Numbered from the stretch's first letter, positions 31,530-42,138 are shown. The stretch is DNA of 64,000 bases from an uncultured Candidatus Rokubacteria bacterium (GCA_963805625.1 CAWDVE010000013.1:384001-448000), one strand, 5' to 3'. The notes: generated by a model from the letters alone, not told the origin. Program-made: numbers and translations.

Positions 31530-32361
31530 GAGCGGCCGCCGCGTGCAGCCGGGATCGGCGGGGGCCCGCGCCGACCATCTCGTAGACGTGGACGGGCGCC
31601 TCCAGCCCCTTCACCGGCACCGGCCCGAGGGGCTTCACCTCGATGTAGCCTTCCGCCAGCCGCAGCGTGTCCGCGGTGAGCCGGATGGTACCGGGGAGGG
31701 CGAGCTGCTCCATCCGCGCCGCCAGGTGCGTCGTCTGGCCCACGGCGGTGTAGTCCATGCGGAGGTCGCTGCCGATGGCCCGGACCACGACCTCGCCCGA
31801 GTTGAGGCCGACCCGGATCTGCACCTCGACGCCCTGAGCGTGGCGAAGTTCCTCGGCGTAGCGCCGCATCGCGGTCTGCATATCGTGGGCCGCGTAGCAC
31901 GCCCGCACCGCGTGGTCCTCGTGGGCGACGGGCGCGCCGAAGAGCGCCATGATGCCGTCCCCCATGACCTGGTTCACCGTGCCCTCGTAGCGGTGGACGG
32001 CCTCCATCATCCGCTCGAGGACGGGATCGAGGAGCTTCCGGGCCTCCTCGGGGTCGCGGTCGGCGAGCAGCTCCATCGAACCCTTGAGGTCGGCGAACAG
32101 GACGGTGACCTGTTTCCGCTCTCCTTCCAGCGCGCTCTTCGAGGTGAGGATCTTCTCGGCGAGGTGCTTCGGGGTATAGACCTGGGGCGACGGAGATGGA
32201 CCGGGTGAAGGGTCTATCGGCTTGCCGCACTCCAGACAGAACTTCGCGCCGGCTGGCAGTGCCGTGCCGCACTGGGCGCACGTGGGCGCGAGCCGGCTCC
32301 CGCATTCCAGGCAGAACTCCGCCGGCGGCGGGTTCTCATGCTGGCACCGGGGACAGTGCAT
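31530..32361 (-). pseudogene. double zinc ribbon + class III adenylate/guanylate cyclase, truncated before the AAA/TPR part
   Basis: CPRC..FCLECG twice; ERKQVTVLFADLKGS; GDGIMALFGAP. Confidence 0.85.
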
Positions 32362-32519
32362 GTCCCAACGTCTCCACGCAGAGTGCCGCCAGACTAGCCC
32401 AGCCGAACTCGGGGAGCAACCAGACCGGTCCTGCCTGGGGGACGCCCTGGCATACGCCAACGGTCCCTTGACGGGCGCCGAGCACCCAGTCGACCGCTCA
32501 CCCCCACGCCCAGCACCGC

Positions 32520-32716
32520 CCGGCATCACCGCGCAACTGGAGAGTCCAGTTCGGAAACTGAAAGACCAGGGAATCCCAGCGCTCGCTCCGCCACGCCTCG
32601 CCGATCCGTCCCCGTTCGAGGACAACGTGTTCTCGCCCCAGCTGCGTCAAGTAGGAGCTCATCGCCAGCCCGGCCTGACCGCCGCCGACAATGACCGTTT
32701 CGTTCTGTTCGTTCAT
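32520..32716 (-). pseudogene. flavin-containing monooxygenase N-terminal fragment
   Basis: [16 protein letters not shown]. Confidence 0.75.
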
Positions 32717-32908
32717 GAACAGTTCGATCGAAACCGCAGGACGCAAACAGGTGAACCGTGTGCGACGCCCAGAAAGCTTGCTGCGCCAACCATTCCTTTA
32801 CCCGTCGGCAGTGAACGTCGCACTGAGGACGGCGAGGGCAGGAGGAGGACCAAGACCAACCGAGTCATGGAGGACCTCCCGATGGCCGCGATGCTACGGC
32901 GCCGATGG

Positions 32909-33073
32909 TCAGCTCTTCTTCGACGTCTGCGCCATGAAGCCGCTGAACTGTGGCACGACCTTGGTGCCTTTGCACTTCGGACACGTGGGCTTCGTATTCT
33001 CGCGCTCGGAGATCGTCATGATGAGCTCGAACGGCTTCTTGCACGTCTCGCAGAGGAACTCGTAGCGCGGCAT
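32909..33073 (-). CDS. FmdB-family zinc ribbon protein
   Basis: MPRYEFLCETC...CPKC...TSKKS. Confidence 0.88.
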   Translation of the reverse strand: MPRYEFLCETCKKPFELIMTISERENTKPTCPKCKGTKVVPQFSGFMAQTSKKS

Positions 33074-33116
33074 GGCGTTCACCCCGTTCAGTTCAAAGAC
33101 GAGAGGCGCCCTCTCG

Positions 33117-33374
33117 TCATCCAGCGTGGACCCGAAAGACCTCATCCCGTCGATGAACCGGAGCCTCCATTTTCATCGCGACTACGCTGCCGCGCGGAGC
33201 CTCCGCCACCGCCTCATGCTCGATCTGGAGTGATTCGACCCATTGCGTCAGCTCGGTCGTGCGGCCGGCCATGTGAACCTGATCACCGACGTGCAGATCT
33301 CCATCCGTCAGATGGATGACGGCGACGCCGATCCGGTCGAGATAATCCGTCACGACGCCGATCTTCTCTTCCAC
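33117..33374 (-). CDS. small beta-barrel protein (translation-factor-like / U32 C-terminal-like)
   Basis: IGVVTDY..RIGVA, GD, VESLQI. Confidence 0.8.
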   Translation of the reverse strand: MEEKIGVVTDYLDRIGVAVIHLTDGDLHVGDQVHMAGRTTELTQWVESLQIEHEAVAEAPRGSVVAMKMEAPVHRRDEVFRVHAG

Positions 33375-33968
33375 GGCATCGCCCTCCCGTGGCAGGAACG
33401 TGAAGACACGAACGCCCCCGCGGGGCTATGAAGCCAGCGCGGGGGCGAAAGGTTGTCCGGGATGCCACGCCAGGGGCATGATACTTCTCTCCAAGGAGCC
33501 GGACGGCTCACACGATTCGAGTCGCTAAGGACAGTATCTCCGGCGTCAAGGCCATGTCAACGGCTCCGACCCCCGCCATGCAGTCCCTACTCCGCGTTCC
33601 GAGACCTCCCCCTCTTCCTCGAGCCCAGCCTTCCAGGCGGCTGCCTCCCCTGTGGCTCTCCTTCCCCTGTGGCCCTGCGTACCCTCAAGGGAGCAGCTCA
33701 GCGACCCTTCCTCCCTGCGACACGGGAAGCGGAGCCGTCGGTTGACCCCGACGCGGCCTTGAGGGCCTTCCTGACATCCTTCCGGGGCGTCCCCCTTCTC
33801 GAGTGTCAGGCGGCCGCCTTGGTCGGCGTTCAACTTCTCGCGCTTCTCCTGGAACTCCTCGACGGATGGCACGAGCTGGGGCGGCAGCTCCGACTCCGGC
33901 CCCCCCGCCATCCGCATCCGGGTAAGATAGACGGCGAAGGCAGCGGCGCGGAGGCTCGGTCGGCGGGC

Positions 33969-34163
33969 ATGGCTCAGGTCGAAGCAATCGTGATCCTCGT
34001 GCTGCTCGCGGGCGCGACCGCCGGTCTCTGGTACGCGTGGCGTCGCTGGCTCCAGGCCTGCCCGCACTGCGGCTGGGTCGTCCGGCGCGTCCACCACGGC
34101 TGGCTCCGTTGCCCACGGTGTCACAAGCAGTATGCTGGCCGGACCCGGCACCGGTCCCATTGA
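33969..34163 (+). CDS. small membrane-anchored zinc-finger protein
   Basis: TM followed by CPHC...CPRC. Confidence 0.55.
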   Translation: MAQVEAIVILVLLAGATAGLWYAWRRWLQACPHCGWVVRRVHHGWLRCPRCHKQYAGRTRHRSH

Positions 34164-34328
34164 TGCCCGGCGGCTCTTCAGAGGCTCACCGCGCCCTCTT
34201 CGCCGCGCGGGAAAAGCGGAGGCGCCGGTTGACGGTTCCGGCCGCAGTCTTGAGAGCGCCCGGCGAAGGTCCGTTGGGTCTGTGTGGTTTGCCGTTCAGG
34301 GCGAAAGGCGTCGTGTCCGACGTCCATC

Positions 34329-35012
34329 CTACTTCCCGACCCGAACCCCTACCTCGTCCACATGCCTGAGCAGATCCGATGGATCCTGATACACACGATA
34401 GGCACCGGCCCGTTCGAGCTCCTCCTGCCCATACCCTCCCGACAGCACGCCGACCCCGAGAGCCCTTGCCCGGCGGGCCGCGAGGAGATCCCAGACACTG
34501 TCCCCCACGACGACCGATTGGCTGACCTCCACCCCGAGCCGAACGGCCGCCTCCACGAACAGGTCCGGGTCCGGCTTGGCATGTGCCACCTGGTCTCGCG
34601 TCACAATCGGAACACCCGATGGAATCCCAAGAAGCTCCAGCGCGGGGCCAGCGCTCTCGATCCGGCCACTCGTCGCGATCGCCCACGGCACCCCGACCCG
34701 CGAGAGGTAGTCTAGGAGCTCACGCGCTCCAGGAAGCGGGCGCACCTGATCGACCTGACGTCGATAGGCTTCCACGTGGCGTCGTTGGAGTCGTGTCGCT
34801 TCCTCGGATGTCAGTTGATGCCCGGTCTCCCGGAGGAGCGCGTTCACGAAGAGTCCCCCGCTCATCCCAATCCGCCGGTGGATCCGCCAGACCGACAGTT
34901 CGATCCCCGCTTCCTCGAGGGCCTCACGCCACGCGAGGACGTGCTGGTACACGCTGTCCACTAACGTCCCATCGAGATCGAACAAGAAGGCCGGGCCAGT
35001 CGTCGTAAGCAT
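34329..35012 (-). CDS. HAD family hydrolase
   Basis: FDLDGTLVDS, KPDPD, GDSVWD. Confidence 0.93.
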   Translation of the reverse strand: MLTTTGPAFLFDLDGTLVDSVYQHVLAWREALEEAGIELSVWRIHRRIGMSGGLFVNALLRETGHQLTSEEATRLQRRHVEAYRRQVDQVRPLPGARELLDYLSRVGVPWAIATSGRIESAGPALELLGIPSGVPIVTRDQVAHAKPDPDLFVEAAVRLGVEVSQSVVVGDSVWDLLAARRARALGVGVLSGGYGQEELERAGAYRVYQDPSDLLRHVDEVGVRVGK

Positions 35013-35157
35013 TACGATCCTCCGGTTCTCCCGGATCACTTCGTGCCAGGAACGCCTGCAATCAAGAAAGGCGCACTATGGGTGCCTTTCCAGCGGCTCG
35101 CGTAGCTTCTAGCCTCCTCTGACAACTCCCCCGCGTGACCCAACGGCAGAATCCCCA

Positions 35158-35724
35158 TCATGCGCGTTCCACCAGACGACGAACCGACGCCGGGACGCGG
35201 TCCCACGTCACGTACATCGCCTGAAAAGGTGCCTGGGCCGTCCCGATCGGCGGTCCGAACGCGACGAAGCCCAGGTGACGGTACAGCTTGGCCTGGTGCA
35301 CGGTTGCCGAGATCAGCGCGAGGTCGTACCCCTGGCGCCGACCCCATCGGGCCGCGCGCACGAGCAGCTCGCCGAAGACCCGACCCTGGCGGTGCCGTGG
35401 CGTGATCATCAGCAAGCGAACCTCGCACGGCTTGTTCGCGGGAGGAAGATAGGAATCGAGGTCGGGCAGCTTCCGGTCCAACGAGAACGGCCGTTCGCCC
35501 GAGATCATTACCATGCCGATCAACCGCCGTCCTTCCAGACAGACGAACGGCGTGCTTCGCGCCATCAGACGGTCGACGAGCCGGCCTTCAGGATTCGGAG
35601 GATGCTGCGGGATCTCCTCGACGAATGTCTGGTAGTTGAGCCGATGGATCTGCTCGAACTCCCAAGGCTCGCGGGCGATCCGGTAAGTCCGGCGTGGACG
35701 GCGCCTCACGTCGTGCCGGGTCAT
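35158..35724 (-). CDS. GNAT / N-acyl amino acid synthase-like acyltransferase
   Basis: IHRLNYQTFVEEIPQH, CEVRLL, KLYRHLGF. Confidence 0.8.
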   Translation of the reverse strand: MTRHDVRRRPRRTYRIAREPWEFEQIHRLNYQTFVEEIPQHPPNPEGRLVDRLMARSTPFVCLEGRRLIGMVMISGERPFSLDRKLPDLDSYLPPANKPCEVRLLMITPRHRQGRVFGELLVRAARWGRRQGYDLALISATVHQAKLYRHLGFVAFGPPIGTAQAPFQAMYVTWDRVPASVRRLVERA

Positions 35725-36308
35725 GACATCGCGGCCCCGAGGCCGAGCGCGCGTCGGATGTGTCCACGGTGGGCGACCAGGACCACCACTGCGAGGGCCG
35801 CCAGGACCGCGAGCTCCACTCCGGGACGACGGAGAGCAAGCCCCGTCACGGGAGCGAGAGCGTACGCGACCAAACCGCTGGGAACGAGCCGCCGGCCGCT
35901 GGTGACATACGCGAGGCCGAACACGACCGCCGAGACGAGCAGGACCCACACGTCGTAGGCGAGGAGGGCGCCGATGGAGGGCGCGATCCCCTTCCCGCCT
36001 CGAAACGCGAGCTGGATGGGGAGGACGTGCCCGACGACCACCGCCACGACGGCGATCCCCAGCGCCAGGTCGTCGAGGCCGAGGGCGCGCGCGCCCGCGA
36101 CCGCGGTGACGCCCTTGAGCAGGTCGAAGGTCAGCACGAGCACGAACCCGCTCGGACCGAGCAGGCGCCCGGCGTTCCGGGCGCCCGCGCTCGCGGAGCC
36201 GGTCTGCCGCACGTCGCGGCCAGTGCGCCAGCGGACGAGGTAGTAGCCCGCGCACAGCGAGCCAAGAGCGTACGCAAGGCCGATGCCGACGAAGCTTCGC
36301 ACGATCAC
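35721..36308 (-). CDS. plsY: glycerol-3-phosphate acyltransferase PlsY-like
   Basis: DVRQTGS..AGARN, DLLKG, GH..P....RGGKG. Confidence 0.85.
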   Translation of the reverse strand: MIVRSFVGIGLAYALGSLCAGYYLVRWRTGRDVRQTGSASAGARNAGRLLGPSGFVLVLTFDLLKGVTAVAGARALGLDDLALGIAVVAVVVGHVLPIQLAFRGGKGIAPSIGALLAYDVWVLLVSAVVFGLAYVTSGRRLVPSGLVAYALAPVTGLALRRPGVELAVLAALAVVVLVAHRGHIRRALGLGAAMS

Positions 36309-36449
36309 GCCCGGGCGCTCCGGGCCCGCCCCTGCACGTCGGTCCCTCCGGCCAGGATCAACAGATCGCGCGGACGCTCCACCGGCATCGACCTGACCTC
36401 CCCGACAAACGTCGCCCCTCGGTCCTCATACAAGATGGTACGCCTGCCG

Positions 36450-36790
36450 AGCGTGCTCGTCCGACGAGCTCGCCGACGCCCAGCTCGAGGGCACCCGCAA
36501 GGCGTACCTGGCCCACGTCACCACGATCCCGCTGCTCATCATCGACGATCTGGGGATGCGGAAGCTGCCGCAGACCGCGGCCGAGGACCTCCTGGAAATC
36601 ATCATGCGCCGCTACGAGAGGGGCGTCGACGCTCATCACCTCGAACCGTCCCGTCGAGGACTGGGGGAAGCTCCTCGGCGACACCGCGGCCGTCGCCGCC
36701 TTCCTCGATCGCTTGCTCCATCACGCGCACGTCCTGACCTGTGGTCCGCGGAGCTGCGCACCCGGCTGCAGGCCGAGCGCGGCGAGGCAT
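36450..36790 (+). pseudogene. istB: IS21 IstB ATPase C-terminal fragment
   Basis: LLIIDDLG, TSNRPVEDW, LDRLLHHAH; frameshifted. Confidence 0.82.
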
Positions 36791-36896
36791 GAGTCAAGAA
36801 TCGAGGACTCGGGTCGACAGGCGTCCGAACGTTGCTGCTTGCAGTCGCGGTCTCACGCGACCGCTAGGTGGGCCATCTGACCAAGGAGGGGGTGCC

Positions 36897-37130
36897 ATGG
36901 AGCCATCCCCGCAAGCCAGCTACCTGTTCGATCGCGGTCAGGCAGACCAGGACCGGTTGATCCGGTCATCAGAGGTCCTCGGTGAGTTCGTCGCCGGAGG
37001 CTTGCCTGCGTGCTGGTCTTGCGTCGGGTGGTCGGGCCATCGACATCGGCTGTGGGCCGTTGGGTGCATTGCCTGTCTTGGTCGACCTCGTCGGTTCCGA
37101 AGGTCGAGTCGTCGGCCTCGACACCTGGGA
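36897..37130 (+). pseudogene. methyltransferase N-terminal fragment
   Basis: IDIGCGPLG..VG.EGRVVGLD; frameshifted. Confidence 0.6.
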
Positions 37131-37367
37131 CGTCCATGTCTCCGAAGGCGGCGTTCTGTTCGTCGGTCCCATAGGAGGCGCCGCAGAGTGGGCCAAGTTG
37201 GAGGCGCATCGATTGCTCCTGGAGTTCGACGAGACCGGGATCCTCCGCAAGCACGACCATCAGATCACCACCAGATGGACGCCCCCGTGATCGCGGCGAC
37301 CGGCTCGCCTGGTGGGAGGCCGCGACGCACGCCGGGGCGGCGCCGGCAACCACGTTTAGCCAGGCAT

Positions 37368-37385
37368 GTATACGGTTTCGTATAC
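37368..37385. promoter_or_regulatory. palindrome GTATACG-N4-CGTATAC overlapping -10 TATACT of the XRE gene
   Basis: Read directly. Confidence 0.6.
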
Positions 37386-37386
37386 T

Positions 37387-37587
37387 ATGACAGCAAAGCA
37401 GATGGGCGCACGCATTCGACGGTTACGAACGCGTCAGGGGCTCAGCCAGGCGACCCTGGCCCAGCGGGCTCGCCCGACCCGCGTCTACGTCACACGGCTC
37501 GAGGCTGGGCGACAGGACCCGTCCCTCAGCACAATCAACGCGCTCGCCAAGGCCCTCGGCGTGCCGGTGACGGCGCTGCTGGAGTAG
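37387..37587 (+). CDS. XRE-family HTH regulator
   Basis: LSQATLA, LEAG..DPSL, ALGVPVTALLE. Confidence 0.88.
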   Translation: MTAKQMGARIRRLRTRQGLSQATLAQRARPTRVYVTRLEAGRQDPSLSTINALAKALGVPVTALLE

Positions 37588-37589
37588 GC

Positions 37590-37949
37590 ATGATCGCGTT
37601 CCTAGGTCCGCTCCTCCTGTTCGCTCTCTACGTCGTGTTCGTGGCTTCTCTGTCCCGCACCGCCGGCGATGTGGGCCTATGGCGAAAGGCCGCGTCCATC
37701 GCCATCATGGTCCGCTTGGGCATCTTCTGGGGCCTCCTGGCCTTCCACTGGCGGGGCGCGCTGGGACTGTGGGCGATGCCGCTCCTTCTGGTGCTCCTGC
37801 CCGAAGGATTTCTCCTCCCGCGCGATTTCGCGTGGACCCTGCCACGTGCGGTGTTCGTCACGGGGCTACTCGCGGCTGGCACCGCAGTGTGGACGGCGAT
37901 AGCCGTAGGCCTTGTCCGAGGGCTCCGGCCCTCATCGGCGTGCCGGTGA
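37590..37949 (+). CDS. small membrane protein (about 4 TM)
   Basis: Hydrophobic ORF lying between two direct repeats. Confidence 0.65.
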   Translation: MIAFLGPLLLFALYVVFVASLSRTAGDVGLWRKAASIAIMVRLGIFWGLLAFHWRGALGLWAMPLLLVLLPEGFLLPRDFAWTLPRAVFVTGLLAAGTAVWTAIAVGLVRGLRPSSACR

Positions 37950-37966
37950 CGGCGTTGCTGGAGTGA
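37927..37966 (+). repeat. duplicated 3' end of the XRE gene (GVPVTALLE-stop)
   Basis: TCGGCGTGCCGGTGACGGCGYTGCTGGAGT also at 37556 and 52858. Confidence 0.85.
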
Positions 37967-38004
37967 CGTCTGCCGAGCGCGCGAAGGGAGGCACGACCAC
38001 GAAG

Positions 38005-38163
38005 ATGAGCGACAAGAAGACGAACAATACTCAGTTTGTTCAGATCACCACGTCGGTGCACGGCGGCGAGATTCTGCTGTACGCCCTCGATGCGTCAGGC
38101 GATGTGTGGCGCTTCGATGACAAGACACGCCAGTGGGTGATGCTGCCCCGAGACCGAAGGTAA
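38005..38163 (+). CDS. small hypothetical protein (52 aa)
   Basis: LYALDASGDVW beta-hairpin pattern; GGGAGG upstream. Confidence 0.5.
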   Translation: MSDKKTNNTQFVQITTSVHGGEILLYALDASGDVWRFDDKTRQWVMLPRDRR

Positions 38164-38164
38164 G

Positions 38165-38280
38165 TTTTGGTAGAAGTCATCGGTGTCGAGGCGGGGAACC
38201 GCCAGGCTGCCTGCGAGAGCACGGCCGAGCGTCGTCACGCCCGATTCGGAGGCCCCTGTCACAATGAATGCGCCGAACTT
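38165..38280 (-). pseudogene. P-loop kinase N-terminal fragment
   Basis: TGASESGVTTLGRALA...LDTDDFY. Confidence 0.55.
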
Positions 38281-38307
38281 GATCAGCATCCGGATGATCG
38301 CCGCAGC

Positions 38308-39474
38308 CTAGCCCAAGCCCACTTTCCTCGCCGTCACGGGATGGTCCTTCCAGGCGGTGCGATGGATGTTGACCTGGCCACCCCGCGCGAACTGCTCCAC
38401 GTGTCGGCGGCCGCTGCGCCCTACCTTGAAGTATCGCTTTGGGGGGCGTTGCGAGTTGTCCAGCTCCCAGCGCGGGATGTACTCCGAGAGCAGCCAGCCA
38501 CCGCAAAGCGACTCGTGGATCCTAAGCTCGCAATCTTCGTCGGTCTGCGCCAGCGTGCTCGTACCCTCTGCGTTCAGCACCAGCCCGTGAGTCTGCGCTT
38601 CGCCCAGCATCCACCGGAACGGCACCGCCGCGGTTTCCTTCTCCTCGTCGCCGCCACCGATGTCGGAGTGGCAGCCCCGAAACCATACCTCTTCGACGTC
38701 TTGCGTCCGGTAGCCCGAGTGGGGCTTGACCCCGAGTCGTCCCAGATCATCGGCATCGATGTTGCCCCAGCTCGTCGGGATGAACCACGATCGCTGCTCG
38801 TGCAAGGCGAGGGCATGTCGCACGATGTGGACAATTGGGTTGTGCCGCAGGTGCGGCAGGCTCTTGGGCCAGACGCCGCCGTAGGACTTGACCGTGTCCC
38901 AGAGACCCAGGAAGTGGATGGTGCATGTTCTGTGCTCGTTGGACTCTCTGAGGCGCTGCAGCTCACCTTCGTCCTCGTCATGCGGTTCGTACAGAGCGTA
39001 AGCCCTCGTGAAGTACTGCTGGAAGCGGTCCGGTGATTGCGCTACCGACTGCGAGGGCAGACCGCAGCGGTAGACGAGCCCGGCGAGCACGCGCACGGTG
39101 AACGCGCCGCGCGAAAAGCCGATGAGGAACACCTGGTCGGCCGCGCCACCGTACGATTCCCCGAGTGCTCGGTACATCTGCGCGACGTTCTCGCGGAGGC
39201 CGTAGCCGAACGTCAGACCGAACAGCTTGCTGTGCCACCCACCCACCGGGGGAGGGAGGATGGTCAGCGCGGCGTGCCCGTCGGGCGCCGAAAACTTGTA
39301 ACGCTGCACCGCCTTCTCGAGTTGCGGGCTGGTGCCGATGCCTTGGTCGTAGAACACAAGCTGCCCGCTGGGGTTCGACAGGTCGACGCTCCGTACCAGG
39401 CGAGTCACGTTCGACACCTGCCTCGCAAAGGCGTTCCCCGTGCCATCGGAGCAGATCACAATGTTTCTGCTCAC
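38308..39474 (-). CDS. DUF2235 (Tle1-like alpha/beta phospholipase)
   Basis: CSDGTGN, GFSRGA, GLWDTV, WFRGCHSDIGGG. Confidence 0.92.
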   Translation of the reverse strand: MSRNIVICSDGTGNAFARQVSNVTRLVRSVDLSNPSGQLVFYDQGIGTSPQLEKAVQRYKFSAPDGHAALTILPPPVGGWHSKLFGLTFGYGLRENVAQMYRALGESYGGAADQVFLIGFSRGAFTVRVLAGLVYRCGLPSQSVAQSPDRFQQYFTRAYALYEPHDEDEGELQRLRESNEHRTCTIHFLGLWDTVKSYGGVWPKSLPHLRHNPIVHIVRHALALHEQRSWFIPTSWGNIDADDLGRLGVKPHSGYRTQDVEEVWFRGCHSDIGGGDEEKETAAVPFRWMLGEAQTHGLVLNAEGTSTLAQTDEDCELRIHESLCGGWLLSEYIPRWELDNSQRPPKRYFKVGRSGRRHVEQFARGGQVNIHRTAWKDHPVTARKVGLG

Positions 39475-39844
39475 GTGCCCCTCCCGGTGTGTTGCGCGTG
39501 GGGATGCGCTCGAGTTGGCCCTGGGGCCGAAACTACCACGGAGTCGGTGCCGTCTGCTGGAGGAGATGACGGCCTCGAAGAAGCCCGGCGTTCCGGCCTC
39601 CTAGACGCAGAGGGCCGTCTGCTGCGGCTACGCGCGCTTCTCGATGGCACGGTTCAAACCCGTCAGGATCGCCGACAGGCCCCGCTGGACCAGCCCCTCG
39701 AACTCGGCCTCGAGCACGGCGGCGCCCTGCAGCGCGCCGAGCTAAGGTGCGCCCCGGGCGCCGCGCGAACCCGCCGACGCCGGCCAGCGACGTCGCGAGC
39801 GTCTGCGGCGTGGGCACGGGGCCGTCAGCGAGATGCGGGCGGGG

Positions 39845-40122
39845 AAATAAGCCTCCACGACATATGGTGCTGGTACTCCAGTAACTGCGCCGAGTTCCTT
39901 GGCACGCTCGAATACATCGCGCTCGGTGAAACCGATCTTGACCAGCCCGGGCATGTACGGAGTAGACAAGAGGTGGATAAAGCCACTTCCACCATGCAGT
40001 TCGATTCCTTCGAACACGGCCGTACAGCTGCTGCATCGTGGATTTCCCTCCAGGCCCTCGATGAAGACAAGCTCCGACTGACGACAGTTCGAATAGTGCA
40101 GCTTGATCGCAGCCCATGCCAT
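39845..40122 (-). pseudogene. GIY-YIG / T5orf172 domain gene, truncated
   Basis: GFIHLLS.P.MPGLVKIGFTER...TGVP.P. Confidence 0.7.
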
Positions 40123-40219
40123 GGCTGCCCCTCAACGCTGAACCGGTTCGACCTAGCGACGAGGCGGACACGGGGACGGGAAGCTACGCATCAGCGCACG
40201 TCACCGGCCGCCAGCACTC

Positions 40220-41065
40220 CTAGCGCCCGCGGCGGGCGCGCTTCCCGGCGGCGTCGGCTGGAAGGTCCGCCGGCTCGAAGAACGGGCGGATCTCGCACTC
40301 GCTCTGCCCGCCGAGGCGCCCCGGGGCGTCGACCTTCACGAATCGCTTGGTCCACTCGATCGCTTCGCTTTTCGACGCGAACTGGAGGATCGCGTAGCCG
40401 GCGACCAACTCCTTCGTTTCGGCGAAGGGCCCGTCGGTCACCGTGCGCTTCCGTCCGGAGTACCGGACCCGCGCCCCCTTCGAAGTGGGCTGGAGCCCTT
40501 CTCCCGAGAGGATCATGCCGCCCTTCATCCCCTCCTCGAAGAACGCCCCCATGGCGGACAGGAGCTTCTCGTCGGGGAGGACGCCCGCCTCCGTGTCGGT
40601 GTCGGCCTTGAGGAGGCCGATGTAACGGGTGGTTCCGGGCTTCCGGGCGGGCGGGGCCGCCGCGCGGAGCTCCTCCTCCTTCTTCCGCCATCCGTCGGGT
40701 GTCTCGGCGGGATCGACCGGGAAGTCCGGCAGCTCGAATAGCTGGCGAACCTCGACCTCACCCTCCTGGAAGGGCGCGCGCTTGGCCCATTTGATGGCCT
40801 CCTCCAGCGACTTCGCTTGGATCAGCCAGAAGCCGGCGATCAGCTGCTTCGTCTCAGCGAAGGGCCCGTCCGTGACCGTGAACTGACCGTTGGCATAGCG
40901 GACGCGCACGCCCTGGGAGCTTGCCCGGAGCCCGTCCGCCTCGAGCAGCGCGCCGGCCTCGAGCAACGCCTCGTTGTACTTGCCCATCTCCGACAGCATC
41001 GTCTTGTCCGGCAAGACTCCCGCCTCGGAGTCCTTGTTGGCCTTGACCAGCATCATGAATCGCAT
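40220..41065 (-). CDS. YciI family protein with two DGPF domains
   Basis: TDGPFAETK twice. Confidence 0.92.
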   Translation of the reverse strand: MRFMMLVKANKDSEAGVLPDKTMLSEMGKYNEALLEAGALLEADGLRASSQGVRVRYANGQFTVTDGPFAETKQLIAGFWLIQAKSLEEAIKWAKRAPFQEGEVEVRQLFELPDFPVDPAETPDGWRKKEEELRAAAPPARKPGTTRYIGLLKADTDTEAGVLPDEKLLSAMGAFFEEGMKGGMILSGEGLQPTSKGARVRYSGRKRTVTDGPFAETKELVAGYAILQFASKSEAIEWTKRFVKVDAPGRLGGQSECEIRPFFEPADLPADAAGKRARRGR

Positions 41066-41589
41066 GACTCGAGCTCCTTCCCGATTTCGTGCCGAGCATC
41101 CGGAGCGTCGTCGCCGGATCCTTCCCCTTCATACTGCTTACACCCGGTAGTCGTCGTATGCGCGGGCGAATCGACATCGGTCAAGTCGCCGACCCTTCAT
41201 CTCCCATGACCATTCTTCCGCGGAAAGGTGGTCGAGTGCCGCGAGCCCAACGATTCCCATGGCTTGGACGTCTGACTGCCGCGGCCCTGCTACTGTCACG
41301 ATCGGAGACGGGGTCGGGCGACACGCCGGTGCAGGAACGGACGGGCCAGCCCCGATGCTCGATGGTCTCCCGCGGCGCGTCTCGGGGATCGGTGGTCGAG
41401 GAGCCGCCTAGCCGGCGCGCAAGATCTTCCAAGCCACCCCTGTCCCCGGGACGTACCATCGAGGTATGAAGCGGCGTCCCCGCCGACCACGCCGCGCCGG
41501 GTCCAGCACGTGGCCCTCGAGGGTCGCCGAGGCAGCGGGCGCCGACGGCGGGGCGGGCGCTCCCCGGGATCACGCTAGGAGGGCTGACG

Positions 41590-42138
41590 ATGACACCAGT
41601 GCAGGCGAAAACGCAGACAGGCTTCGTGACCGTTCTCGCAGCGCCGGGCCGCTCGCCCGAGATCCCTGACACGATGGACGTCTACGGGTGGCTCGTCGGG
41701 AGCTGGGACCTGGACGTCCGCCGCTACCGGGGTGTCGACGTCGCCGGGCGCGGCCTCGAGGGCGAAGTTCACTTCGGCTGGGTGCTGGAGGGCCGCGCCA
41801 TTCAGGACGTCTGGATCATGCCTCGACGCTCCGAGCGCACCGGGAGCGAGGAGAAGACCCAGAACATGTACGGCACCACCTTTCGCATGTGGGATCCGGC
41901 GATCCAGGCCTGGCGCATCACCTGGAAGAATCCGGCCGCGGGGCACTATGAGGAGCAGATCGGCCGCCGGATCGGCCCCGACATCGTCCAGGTCGGCGCC
42001 CGGGCCAACGGCACGCCGACGCGCTGGATGTTCACCGAGATCACACCGGAGTCGTTCCGGTGGCTCGGCGACGCCCTGGAGCCGGACGGCAAGACCTGGA
42101 AGCTTGAGGCGGAGTTCCGTGCCAGGCGGCGCCGCTGA
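41590..42138 (+). CDS. hypothetical beta-barrel protein (DUF1579-like)
   Basis: LVGSW, LEGRAIQDVW, YGTT.R, DGKTW. Confidence 0.82.
   Translation: MTPVQAKTQTGFVTVLAAPGRSPEIPDTMDVYGWLVGSWDLDVRRYRGVDVAGRGLEGEVHFGWVLEGRAIQDVWIMPRRSERTGSEEKTQNMYGTTFRMWDPAIQAWRITWKNPAAGHYEEQIGRRIGPDIVQVGARANGTPTRWMFTEITPESFRWLGDALEPDGKTWKLEAEFRARRRR

Noticed and set aside
33546-33930. Minus-strand ORF (MAGGPESELPP...)
   Set aside because: No recognisable motif; could be a gene remnant but cannot be supported.
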